DNA from: a virus
Lineage: Duplodnaviria; Caudoviricetes
IMG/VR virus record: IMGVR_UViG_3300014205_000003
Location: 64,001-128,000 of that record
Reading direction: 5' to 3' (one strand)
DNA length: 64,000 nucleotides
Part shown: positions 20,511 to 29,172 of the stretch, piece after piece
How the letters are laid out: every line of letters begins with the position of its first letter
Numbering within the stretch: the stretch's first letter is position 1
Program-made: the position numbers and the translations under genes
Notes under the pieces: model-generated
What the model was told of the DNA's origin: nothing
The model's database searches: none
The model's input: the letters and a program-made list of their open reading frames with translations, nothing else

Positions 20511-21223
20511 GTCTAGATCAAGCAAAGCTATATGATCAGTGGAAAGCCTCCCAAGACCCTAAAGTCCTGGCTGACTTGATGCAGACTCTCAAGCCCACTG
20601 TCGCGAATGCTGTCAAAACTTATGCCAACGGCAACGAAAGCCTGAACACCCGCGCATATATCTTGGCACGTGAAGCACTTGACTCTTACGATCCTTCGAA
20701 AAAGGCATCCCTGTCAACACACGTTTTTTCACGTCTTCAGAGGCTCTACAGGATCTCCAGTGAAAGATTCTCCGCCGTGCATGTACCCGAGAACGTTAGA
20801 ACGGACAGTCTTTCTGTGCAACGCTTCGTGAACCGCTTTAGTGATGAACACGGAATTGAACCTAGTGATTTACAGATTGCGGATGCTCTGAAGATGTCCC
20901 CCAAGCGTGTAATGAAGGCTACTACTCGCGGTCGCGAGACAATGGAGAGCAAGGCTACGTCTGATAAAGGGGACACCTTCGGGCAGAGCTCAGGCTTAAG
21001 TGAGGAAGAGGTGTGGAGGGACTACGTCTACGCTTCAGAAACGCCCGAGAATCAGAAGGTTATGGAGTATACCATGGGCTATGGTAATGCTAAAGTGATC
21101 CCCAAGGGTGTCGCCGCAGCTAAAATGGGAATCAGCGCCCCTGCCTACTCGCAACGCATAAACACTGTGACTAAGAAATTGAATAAGCTGTACGATCTCC
21201 CAACAGACGGTCCACAAATCTGA
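20507..21223 (+). CDS. Phage sigma-70-family factor (FliA/WhiG-like; probable late sigma)
   Basis: Region 2 ALDSYDPSKKASLSTHV; VHVPE; region 3 EPSDLQIADALKMS; region 4 HTH AAKMGISAPAYSQR. Confidence 0.8.
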   Translation: MSLDQAKLYDQWKASQDPKVLADLMQTLKPTVANAVKTYANGNESLNTRAYILAREALDSYDPSKKASLSTHVFSRLQRLYRISSERFSAVHVPENVRTDSLSVQRFVNRFSDEHGIEPSDLQIADALKMSPKRVMKATTRGRETMESKATSDKGDTFGQSSGLSEEEVWRDYVYASETPENQKVMEYTMGYGNAKVIPKGVAAAKMGISAPAYSQRINTVTKKLNKLYDLPTDGPQI

Positions 21224-21235
21224 AAATACTAACCA

Positions 21236-21709
21236 ATGACCTTCGCAGGACTCATTAAGGGTTCGCCCCTTCAAATCGCCCATAAACAGACCTTCCCTGT
21301 CTACGACAGCAAACCTAAATCCGTTCTAGGTTGCACAGAAGACGGCGAGAATCTCTGCGAAGGCCTCTACAGCCCTGTTAGTCTCGTCTGGAGATGGGTT
21401 AAGCGCGTCTACGTCATCCATACACCCAGAGCCACTATAAAGGCCTCCCCAGGCGTTTCTCTGCGTCTAGGACCATTTGATACTCGAGTGAATACTGGCA
21501 ACTACTCTCTGGCAACTGTAGAAGAGTTTTCTGACAAGAACGTAGAGATTACAGAACTTAGAGTATTAGCGCCAATGTTCGTACTCTTGTTTGAAGAAGA
21601 AAATGTCTGGGTTACTGTAAGAGGTATTCGAGTCCTGATGCCAAGTGTTGAAAACTTCAAAAAGGAATCTGAAAATGAGCAAACTCGGAAAATTGAAGAC
21701 GCGATTTAA
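21236..21709 (+). CDS. Putative degenerate stand-alone Hint (intein-fold) domain protein
   Basis: Block A-, B- and F/G-like patterns without catalytic residues. Confidence 0.4.
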   Translation: MTFAGLIKGSPLQIAHKQTFPVYDSKPKSVLGCTEDGENLCEGLYSPVSLVWRWVKRVYVIHTPRATIKASPGVSLRLGPFDTRVNTGNYSLATVEEFSDKNVEITELRVLAPMFVLLFEEENVWVTVRGIRVLMPSVENFKKESENEQTRKIEDAI

Positions 21710-22217
21710 CGTGCGTAATGTGTGTGGCTACAAGTACTCGAAAATTTCGCGTGTATATGCGAAGCTCGGTCGTGTGTGGGTAGAAGGGCATGACGGAAAA
21801 GAACGCAGTCTAGACCCGCGTGAAGCAGCTATCATCGCACTGCAGTTGAACTCTGCGCTACCAGACGAAAAATCCTCAAAAACTGTAGTGCTCAGGCTGA
21901 TAGACGATATCATCAAAGCTGCGCGAGACGCACAGGTACAGAGGGAAAGTCCTCCTGACAAAGACACAAAAATTTTGACAGACACTCTGCTTACCAACGA
22001 GATGAAGAACTCGATGGAGTTGGACCCCAAAGTTTTCGCAATGATTAAGTTCTACCAGACGCAGTTTGCTATGTTGGACTTTGCAGAAGTGAAGTCAGTT
22101 GTTTGCAATGACAAGTGGTCTGACGATCTGAAGAAGGACTTCCTGCGCCTTGCGAATAAGGATCGCTTGGACACTTTTATCAAAACGCAGGGTAGGATGC
22201 TTACAAAGCCAATTTAA
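21675..22217 (+). CDS. Hypothetical protein
   Basis: ATG with RBS AAGGA. Confidence 0.6.
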   Translation: MSKLGKLKTRFNVRNVCGYKYSKISRVYAKLGRVWVEGHDGKERSLDPREAAIIALQLNSALPDEKSSKTVVLRLIDDIIKAARDAQVQRESPPDKDTKILTDTLLTNEMKNSMELDPKVFAMIKFYQTQFAMLDFAEVKSVVCNDKWSDDLKKDFLRLANKDRLDTFIKTQGRMLTKPI

Positions 22218-23196
22218 GGATAGGGACTTCTACAGAGACCTCAGGCTTCCATAAGTCTGGGGTCTTTTCTTGTTTAACGAAGAAGGAGCAGAATTCTTTG
22301 AACTGTTCTGGAGTTGCATTCTTGCGCCCATACATAGAATGGAACAGTGCGTGAACGGGTGCCGCGACGGTGATTACGTTGGTAGGAACAAAACGTAAAT
22401 CTGCATGATCACACCAGGATAGTAAGTGATGCGCGTTTAAGGGGCAATAAGTCCCTTTTCTCCGTTTAACTCCTGTAACTTGACAGGTGTAAGCATCTCT
22501 AAAAAACGTAGAACGTATAAAGGGGTGCAACTCGGGATATAACATCGCTCTCTTTTTACTGCGCTGTCTCTCTTCTGTTGTAAGGTCGTGTTTGAACCAG
22601 TGATGATCTTTTCCAGAATGGTAACAAGAACAACCACAGCTTTTCTTTTCCCCTGTGGTTAGGGAGTGTCCGTTTACCTCAACAGTTTTTCCACAGTCGC
22701 ATACAGCTATCCAGCAATAACTCGGCTTAGTGGGTTTGTGTATGTGTTGCGTGATAAGAAGTTTACCAAATCTCTGTCCTAGCAGATTGTTAACTTTGTT
22801 ACAGTGTCGATTACAGCTTTTTGGTCTTTTCTTACTCCTGTTACAGAGGAGTTCATTTTGTAATTTCTGGACAGTCTTGCCACAATCGCACAGACACTCC
22901 CACAAATGTCCTTTTTCGTCGTGTGAAAGCCAGCGAAGAACCAACAACTTTCCATACTTCTTTCCAACCAAATCAGGCTTCCGTGAACAAGCCGCAGTAC
23001 AGGCTTGTTTTCTTTGTTTGGGGTTAGGGGCTATTAATGCGCGTTCTACAACCGTTGCAAACTGTCCGCAGTCACATTTACAGAGCCAGTAACGTTTTGC
23101 TGGATTACCACTCTCGTGTCCGTGGGCTTTGGCTACTACTGTTAAGTGATTAACAACATGTCCCACAAGATCAAGTCTAAGCGCTGTCATTCCCAT
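22201..23196 (-). CDS. Free-standing HNH homing endonuclease with three W.C.CDCG repeats
   Basis: G...G.L.V...W.C.CDCG x3, KSCGC; RDAYTCQ...LNAHH...NVIT...H..FH. Confidence 0.85.
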   Translation of the reverse strand: MGMTALRLDLVGHVVNHLTVVAKAHGHESGNPAKRYWLCKCDCGQFATVVERALIAPNPKQRKQACTAACSRKPDLVGKKYGKLLVLRWLSHDEKGHLWECLCDCGKTVQKLQNELLCNRSKKRPKSCNRHCNKVNNLLGQRFGKLLITQHIHKPTKPSYCWIAVCDCGKTVEVNGHSLTTGEKKSCGCSCYHSGKDHHWFKHDLTTEERQRSKKRAMLYPELHPFIRSTFFRDAYTCQVTGVKRRKGTYCPLNAHHLLSWCDHADLRFVPTNVITVAAPVHALFHSMYGRKNATPEQFKEFCSFFVKQEKTPDLWKPEVSVEVPILKLAL

Positions 23197-23201
23197 TTGA
23201 A

Positions 23202-23456
23202 TTATCCTTGTTCTGCTTTCTTATGGTAAATCAGTTGATAGCCGTCAGAGGTAAGGAATTTACCTTCTATGACTAAACGGCCTTCATGGACGTCGGAATG
23301 ACAATTACTACAGATGGCAATTTCGTTGTATCTGTGGTTAGCGTCCCATACGTCTCTACCGCGTATGTGGTGAATTTCCAGAGGCATGTAGAGGCCACAT
23401 CCGCTGCAGGGATGCAGTCCTGAACGTGCTCTAGCTTTGAGGGCTTGTTTGCTCAT
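23202..23456 (-). CDS. Small HNH endonuclease, possibly terminase-associated
   Basis: CSGC, LEIHHI, N...ICSNCH..VH; same operon as terL. Confidence 0.75.
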   Translation of the reverse strand: MSKQALKARARSGLHPCSGCGLYMPLEIHHIRGRDVWDANHRYNEIAICSNCHSDVHEGRLVIEGKFLTSDGYQLIYHKKAEQG

Positions 23457-23492
23457 CTACAGCGATTTACAATAAGTAGCGTAAGAGTAATG

Positions 23493-24170
23493 TCAAGTAG
23501 TTGGAGAAGATTTGAGTTGAGTGAGAACTTTATCTAGGAACGTGTTGTCGGGGTTCTTCAGTGGCAGGGACCTCAGCTCTGTGAAGAGGCTAAGCATATG
23601 TTCTTTTACAGCTCCGTTCAAATTGTCTTTGAGCGTTGCTTGATTTTGATAGTAAAATGCGTAGTCACTTTCGTTTTGACTAAGGGCCATGAAATTACTA
23701 TCCAGCAATCCTTCTTTGTATTCACAGAAACTGAGAAGATTTGGGGGGCTATAGATTCCCTCAGAGTCTAAAACCACGCCAACTGCCCTAGCGATGTCGT
23801 GCGAGAAATTTTCCTCAGAGTCATCTTTTCCAACTATGAGATTGGCCTCGGTGATCCCCCACATAATGTCATACGAATTGGGAATTGTGAGGCTACTAGC
23901 GACTGCCACTCCACGACTAAGAGTACTGCAGGTCAGGAAGAAGTGTTCTACGCTGACCTTAAACAGATTCGTAGTCAGTAGAGATATGGCGCAATTTAGA
24001 CGATCTTCATTATAGCCTGGGAGCTTGATGTCGAAATCGCGCTCAATCTCCATACGCAGAGTCACCACATCCCAATCCAAACACTCTGTACCGAAGTGAT
24101 CCAGAGTGGTTGCGAGTAGGCTCAGAGCATATGAATTTCTGCCGAGAAAAATCTGCTTAGCGTCTGCCAT
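23493..24170 (-). CDS. Hypothetical protein
   Basis: 225 aa ORF in the terL operon. Confidence 0.65.
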   Translation of the reverse strand: MADAKQIFLGRNSYALSLLATTLDHFGTECLDWDVVTLRMEIERDFDIKLPGYNEDRLNCAISLLTTNLFKVSVEHFFLTCSTLSRGVAVASSLTIPNSYDIMWGITEANLIVGKDDSEENFSHDIARAVGVVLDSEGIYSPPNLLSFCEYKEGLLDSNFMALSQNESDYAFYYQNQATLKDNLNGAVKEHMLSLFTELRSLPLKNPDNTFLDKVLTQLKSSPTT

Positions 24171-24175
24171 AGGAG

Positions 24176-25225
24176 TTATGCCACCAGTTTGGGGAATGCG
24201 CGAACAAGAATGCTGGCGTGTTCTGCAGTAATCTTCTTGAGGTCGTCTGACGTAGTCAGGTCAAGAGCAAGCGCGTCTTTGCAAAACTCGCCAATAGCCT
24301 TAGCCTGCTTCTGAATCTCCGAAGTCTTCACCAGAGTACCGTTAGGAAGCAGGATGTACTGACTCTTCATAGCCTGAGCCTGCTTATTGACTACGCCCCC
24401 GAAAACATCCTCGCAAGCAGGCATTTGACGAGTATAGCAGTGATTAGCACTGCAGAGTCCCACGAAGCGCGTCAAGTCATCCACGAGAGCTGCAGTCTTA
24501 TCCAAGAAAGCTTCATCAACAATGTCACCGCTGGCAGTCTTCTCAAGCTCTTCAAAGCCATTCTTGAGAGTCTGTACAGCTTCAATGTGACCAGCCTTAT
24601 GCAGATAAGACATCCTGTCCTTGACGACCTGCTTAACAGTACTCAACGCGGCTTTCTGCATACCCGCAGTACGTTGGAGCGCTACAATCTGTTCGTCCGC
24701 TACTTTGCTCAGGAACTCCTTAGGAGCCTGCAGCAGTTGTTTAGCGACATCTCGACGTGTATCCCAAGGGTACTTCTCCTTATGAGCGAGCAGATCTGAA
24801 GCGACCTTCTCGAAGTCCTCAAAAGTGCACACCTGTGCGCGAGCTTCCTCCATGTCCTTGTGAGTATACGTAATAGTCATTACAGGAGCCGCAGCTTCCT
24901 TCACCAACTGTTCCGGCGAATAGGTAAAGGAATCGCCAATCTGCCAGAAGTCAATTGCTGTCAGCAAGCGCTGGCTGATCTCGTTGCGAAGACCTCGAGG
25001 ATACTCAGCAGCCTGTTTGGTGAAGTATGTAGTAGAGAGCCAAGTGTCTGCAGGAGTGGGAACAGGGAACTGACGCTTGTCAGGATCTGCAAAGCTCTCG
25101 GAAGGCAGTGTCTTCAAGTCCTCTGGCGACACAAGCTCAGCTTCTTTGACGAAGTCAGGCATGTGAATAAGACTGCCGATCTTGAAGAGGTGGCCACGAG
25201 AAGTGTCTTGAGTGTGATCCTGCAT
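24176..25225 (-). CDS. Hypothetical protein, possibly head morphogenesis
   Basis: 349 aa ORF with RBS; FADP..R.FP motif; repeated K-x-A. Confidence 0.6.
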   Translation of the reverse strand: MQDHTQDTSRGHLFKIGSLIHMPDFVKEAELVSPEDLKTLPSESFADPDKRQFPVPTPADTWLSTTYFTKQAAEYPRGLRNEISQRLLTAIDFWQIGDSFTYSPEQLVKEAAAPVMTITYTHKDMEEARAQVCTFEDFEKVASDLLAHKEKYPWDTRRDVAKQLLQAPKEFLSKVADEQIVALQRTAGMQKAALSTVKQVVKDRMSYLHKAGHIEAVQTLKNGFEELEKTASGDIVDEAFLDKTAALVDDLTRFVGLCSANHCYTRQMPACEDVFGGVVNKQAQAMKSQYILLPNGTLVKTSEIQKQAKAIGEFCKDALALDLTTSDDLKKITAEHASILVRAFPKLVA

Positions 25226-25290
25226 AAGTCTTATTCCTTTGTAAGTACGGAAAATCTCCGCTTGCTTAGGAATAATATACAGCTTACAGC

Positions 25291-27078
25291 TTATCGAGGC
25301 TTCCAGTCAGGGCGCTTCGGCTCAACCTCTTCGTCATCCTCATGACTAGTTGCACCACTCAATTGAGGGTAGCTTTTCCTCAAATACCATATTGCAGAAC
25401 AAGCGAAGTTCACCGCGTGTACGAAGTCATCACTGCGACCTGCTTTACGATGAAAAAGAAGGATGTCAGAGCCTCGTGGGCTTTCTGATCTTTCCTCACC
25501 AATATTAAGAAAATCAGCTAATAAAGTCCAGCATTTATCCTGTCTGGGGAACTTAACTTTACCAGCTTTAATTGCTGCAAACAAGACTCTTAGAGAGCGA
25601 GCTTTGTCTATCAGATAGCATTTACGACTTCCATCATTCTGCCTATTCGTACGGATGATCTTGTGTCTGGGAGCCCAGTCGTAGGAGAAGGGTACAACAG
25701 TGGCAGGATTCTGTCCTTGTTCAATCATCAAGGCTTCGCGGATATTACCGGCACCGCCGTAGTCATGCGCAAACATATCTGGGTGCAACTGCGCATTTAA
25801 CCAACTAAGCTTACGAGATTCATCGTTAGCGTTCTGACTAGTAGGCATACGCTCCATATAGGAGATTTCGATTACATCGCTTCCATAGATCTGATTCGCA
25901 CAGACATATGTAGTTGTCGATGTGGCATCGTTACCACCACCAGACCAGTCTACGCCTGTAATGATGATACCAGACTGTTTCTGCTTCTCTAGGGAGCGCT
26001 TAAGTGTGTTATCATCTTTCTCTGATGTAGAGCAGGCGTTTGCGAGTTCCGAATGACTAATAGGCATTGAACTGTTATCCGAGGATTCTCCTAGAATCTC
26101 ATTCTCAAACTTGCTCTTTTCATAGGTGTTCATCTTGTGAAGAAGCTGTTGCCACTTAACAGGAGAGCTCAGATGCAGAGGGTGGGTGACCTGAGAGATG
26201 TGGATAGACTTGAATGTGTTGATGTACTGTGGTTGTTCATGCAGAAAGTAACCATCTTCTGTGTAAATAGGCTTCCCACACTTAGCACAGATAATACCTT
26301 CTTTACCGATCATTCTCATTAGATCGTATCTCAGTGCTGCTATGTTCTCGTGTTTACAACTACCTGAACGACAAGGAATTGTCCACTCGCCTTGGCTTGA
26401 TCGCTCATACAAAAGCTGAATGAAATTGTCTAAAGTCTTCGGAGTGCCGCTGTACATATAGAAACCGTACTGTTTACTGGCACTCATCGTCTCCCCAATC
26501 ACAGGCACAAAACTGTCAGTGAGATCTTGCACTTCGTCAAAAATCACCTGGCTCACGGCTGAAATACCCCTAATCCTATTACAGGAGGTAAAGGCATAGG
26601 AGAAGATTTCTTCAGATCGGTTCTTCCATTTATGATAGAGGGCACCATGTCTGCAGGAGGACGAATCAAAGCAGCCTTTGAATGGGCTCGAATCCACGAA
26701 GCTGCTTGAATAATCATCGTTGAGTCGTTTAGATTGAGCAAACAGAGGAGTAACTACTAGGGTTTTGAAGTCGGGTATCAAGATACTTTGCAGTTTGGAT
26801 GTAGCCATTAGGGAGGCAGACTTACCTACCTGTCGTGCAGACTTCAGCAAGAATTCCCTTGGGCGTCCGAGAAGCTGGAAGAGGGGGGCTAGTTGGTAGT
26901 GTTCTTTTAGTCCGAAAGGCTTGCCTTGGAAGCTCAAGAGGAAGAGAAGAGGTAACAGATTCGGAAGGCCGTTAGCTATAATTGAGTCGGAGAGCCTAGT
27001 CAGACTTGAGGCTAACTCCTCAGAGCTGTAGACTTTGTTTTGTAGATCGTCTATATCAGTTTGCAATGCTGTATTCAT
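25291..27078 (-). CDS. terL: Terminase large subunit
   Basis: Walker A SARQVGKS, Walker B IFDEVQD, SGTPK, Zn motif, ENEILG, nuclease GVDWSGG and DDFVHA. Confidence 0.9.
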   Translation of the reverse strand: MNTALQTDIDDLQNKVYSSEELASSLTRLSDSIIANGLPNLLPLLFLLSFQGKPFGLKEHYQLAPLFQLLGRPREFLLKSARQVGKSASLMATSKLQSILIPDFKTLVVTPLFAQSKRLNDDYSSSFVDSSPFKGCFDSSSCRHGALYHKWKNRSEEIFSYAFTSCNRIRGISAVSQVIFDEVQDLTDSFVPVIGETMSASKQYGFYMYSGTPKTLDNFIQLLYERSSQGEWTIPCRSGSCKHENIAALRYDLMRMIGKEGIICAKCGKPIYTEDGYFLHEQPQYINTFKSIHISQVTHPLHLSSPVKWQQLLHKMNTYEKSKFENEILGESSDNSSMPISHSELANACSTSEKDDNTLKRSLEKQKQSGIIITGVDWSGGGNDATSTTTYVCANQIYGSDVIEISYMERMPTSQNANDESRKLSWLNAQLHPDMFAHDYGGAGNIREALMIEQGQNPATVVPFSYDWAPRHKIIRTNRQNDGSRKCYLIDKARSLRVLFAAIKAGKVKFPRQDKCWTLLADFLNIGEERSESPRGSDILLFHRKAGRSDDFVHAVNFACSAIWYLRKSYPQLSGATSHEDDEEVEPKRPDWKPR

Positions 27079-27128
27079 GGGTCATAGTTAAGATAGCCTC
27101 AATTTGAAAGTATACGTAGGAGATTACC

Positions 27129-27716
27129 ATGACTCGTTGCAGCAATTGTAATGAAGAGAAAGACGATAGTTGTTTTGGGCATGATGGTTCGAAGAAAAAT
27201 AAACTAAGATCCAGATGCAAAGACTGTATGAATTTACAAGCATTAGAGTACCGTACAAAGAACCCAGAGAAATATAGAGAAAGGTCTATGGATTATCGTA
27301 AAGCAGATCCTGTCAAACACTACAAAGGTGTTAGGAAAGCTCTTTTAAAGAGACGTGAGAACCCTGTAGAGGCAGAGCTGTTGCGAGCAAGGGACAGGGC
27401 TCGAAATAGAGCAAATCCTAATGTTAAGAGAAACAGCAGGATGAAACGTACATATGGCATCACTCTTTTAGATTTTGAAGAACTGAAGAAACAGCAAAAA
27501 CAGATGTGCGCCGTTTGTGGTAAACCGTTCTTAAAAACGACACCTCATATTGATCACGATCACAAAACAGGTGTGGTTAGAGGATTGCTATGCTCGCATT
27601 GTAATATTGGGATAGGCAATCTTATGGATAATCCAAGAATCCTTGAAAATGCGATTACATATCTGAAAATTCCGCGCTTAGCTATAGGTGAAATTACGTG
27701 TAATTACGCCTTTTAG
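27129..27716 (+). CDS. Endonuclease VII-family (His-Me) homing endonuclease
   Basis: YGIT; CAVC...HIDHDHKTGVVRGLLCSHCNIGIG. Confidence 0.9.
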   Translation: MTRCSNCNEEKDDSCFGHDGSKKNKLRSRCKDCMNLQALEYRTKNPEKYRERSMDYRKADPVKHYKGVRKALLKRRENPVEAELLRARDRARNRANPNVKRNSRMKRTYGITLLDFEELKKQQKQMCAVCGKPFLKTTPHIDHDHKTGVVRGLLCSHCNIGIGNLMDNPRILENAITYLKIPRLAIGEITCNYAF

Positions 27717-27801
27717 GCCTCTTTTCAGCATAGCTATAAAGCCTTAAGTTTCAAGCACTTAGTTGGCATACTTAATTGTAAGCCTACAACCGTCCGTTTT
27801 G

Positions 27802-27837
27802 GACCCTATCGCCATACACAGGCAATAGGGTCTTTTT
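27802..27837 (+). terminator. Intrinsic terminator-like hairpin
   Basis: GACCCTATCGCC / GGCAATAGGGTC followed by TTTTT. Confidence 0.6.
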
Positions 27838-28002
27838 GTGTGTATTTGGGGGCTGTTCTGCCTTTCTCAAAACAGGTCAAAAAGTGGCCTAAAAAGGGCT
27901 GTTTTAGCCTGCTTCCAGAGCCCTCCAAAACCTCTCTTTTGGACCCTTAAAAGGGAGGTTAAAAGTGGGCATCTTTACCTGTAAGACTTATATCTAGTTT
28001 TG

Positions 28003-28475
28003 GACCCTGTGGTAGAGCCGTGGGCTTCCATCTGTACCATGCGCAGGAAGCATCTGACCCAGCATTCTTAGCGGCTGACGAGACTCTGAAAATGAGTTGA
28101 AACATGTCTATGTAGACATGTACCGCGGAGTGACCCTAAGCTGGGGAATAACTGGTCACCAGTGGTACGGCTTTACTACAGGGTCTTTTTCTCAGTTATT
28201 CGGAGTATTTGCAGAAAGTAGAAGAGGCACCCCATAGAGTTGGGCCTCCTGCAGAGCTCCATTTATTTGGGCTGCTGAACATGCTCCGGGTCGTATAGAC
28301 TCTTCCAGACTCCCAAGCAGGGTTTGGTTAGCATCAGTAAGCAGCCCTTCTTTCAAACGGCGGGGGTAATGGAAGTCATCTGAACAATGACTGCTTTGCA
28401 GAGGACACTCTGCTAGAACGCCTAGCAAGCTCACTGGAGAGCTAGTCATAAGGAGTTGCGAACCTTCCCCTTGCC
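28003..28475 (+). ncRNA. Putative large structured RNA / leader of four closed domains
   Basis: Closing stems 28003-28185, 28202-28260, 28269-28347, 28359-28475, with G-U pairs on the + strand. Confidence 0.55.
28063..28132 (+). ncRNA. Type I hammerhead ribozyme, predicted cleavage after GUA at 28122
   Basis: GCGG-CTGACGA-GACTC(tgaaaat)GAGTT-GAAA-CATGTCTA(tg)TAGACATG-TA-CCGC; stem I extends via CATTCT/GGAGTG past a TA bulge. Confidence 0.85.
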
Positions 28476-28497
28476 ACCATTCAAACAGAGGAGACTC

Positions 28498-28788
28498 ATG
28501 AAGACCTTGGAAGAGATCCTGCAACCACTGCAGGAGCAGCAAGATGCGATGATGAAAGAACTTGGAGACTTTCTTTCTCCGCATATGGAGAAGGCTGTTT
28601 TGCAAGAACCGTGTGCTTCTCAGTGGCAGATACGAATTAAGTACGACGCGAATGTCTTTGACCGAGTGCTTCACATTTGGAACAAAGTGTTCGTGAAGTA
28701 CTGTGATGATCGAGGGTGGGTAAAAACCTCCCTCATAGTTGCTGAGAGTGCAACTCTTATGTTTTCGTTTTCTAAGAAGGAGAGTTAA
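28498..28788 (+). CDS. Hypothetical early protein
   Basis: ATG 28498 with RBS GAGGAG. Confidence 0.65.
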   Translation: MKTLEEILQPLQEQQDAMMKELGDFLSPHMEKAVLQEPCASQWQIRIKYDANVFDRVLHIWNKVFVKYCDDRGWVKTSLIVAESATLMFSFSKKES

Positions 28789-28790
28789 AA

Positions 28791-28943
28791 ATGGCAACCG
28801 AAGTGAAAATCGTGAAACAGTCCCCCCGCCCCCGCGAAATCACCGGCCATATGCTGTGGAAAAAGAATCAGCCAATCCGGCAACTGATTCGGACTTCCCG
28901 CGACATGGTGGTTCTCACGGGTAAAGAGCTCGACACCCGCTAA
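28791..28943 (+). CDS. Small basic protein (50 aa, MATEVKIVKQSPRPRE...), not in the ORF track
   Basis: RBS AAGGAG; C-ending codon bias. Confidence 0.6.
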   Translation: MATEVKIVKQSPRPREITGHMLWKKNQPIRQLIRTSRDMVVLTGKELDTR

Positions 28944-29172
28944 CAGGTCTTTGGTGTCTGAAGCTCTGCTTGAAGCACCACTCCCAAGAACATTGATACG
29001 TAGGTATCTCTTGGGGGTGGTGTTTCAAAGTGTTGTGTGCGCCCACTATCAAGTGTGTTGGAAGCTATACAGCTTGCCGATGCTTGAAGTGCGGCGTACA
29101 CATCTTCTATTCCTTTTATCCCCAGTACATCCTAGTTTTCTTTTTAGCTACAACTGACCAAAGGAGAGCTGT

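Noticed and set aside
28269-28347. Twister-like TCCCAAGC segment
   Set aside because: The other conserved twister elements and pseudoknot partners were not found.
28192-28797. 201-aa minus-strand ORF
   Set aside because: Antisense to a well-supported + gene and to stems whose G-U pairs favour + strand RNA; no recognisable protein features.
28951-29157. 68-aa ORF
   Set aside because: No RBS and it coincides with two long hairpins; more likely non-coding.
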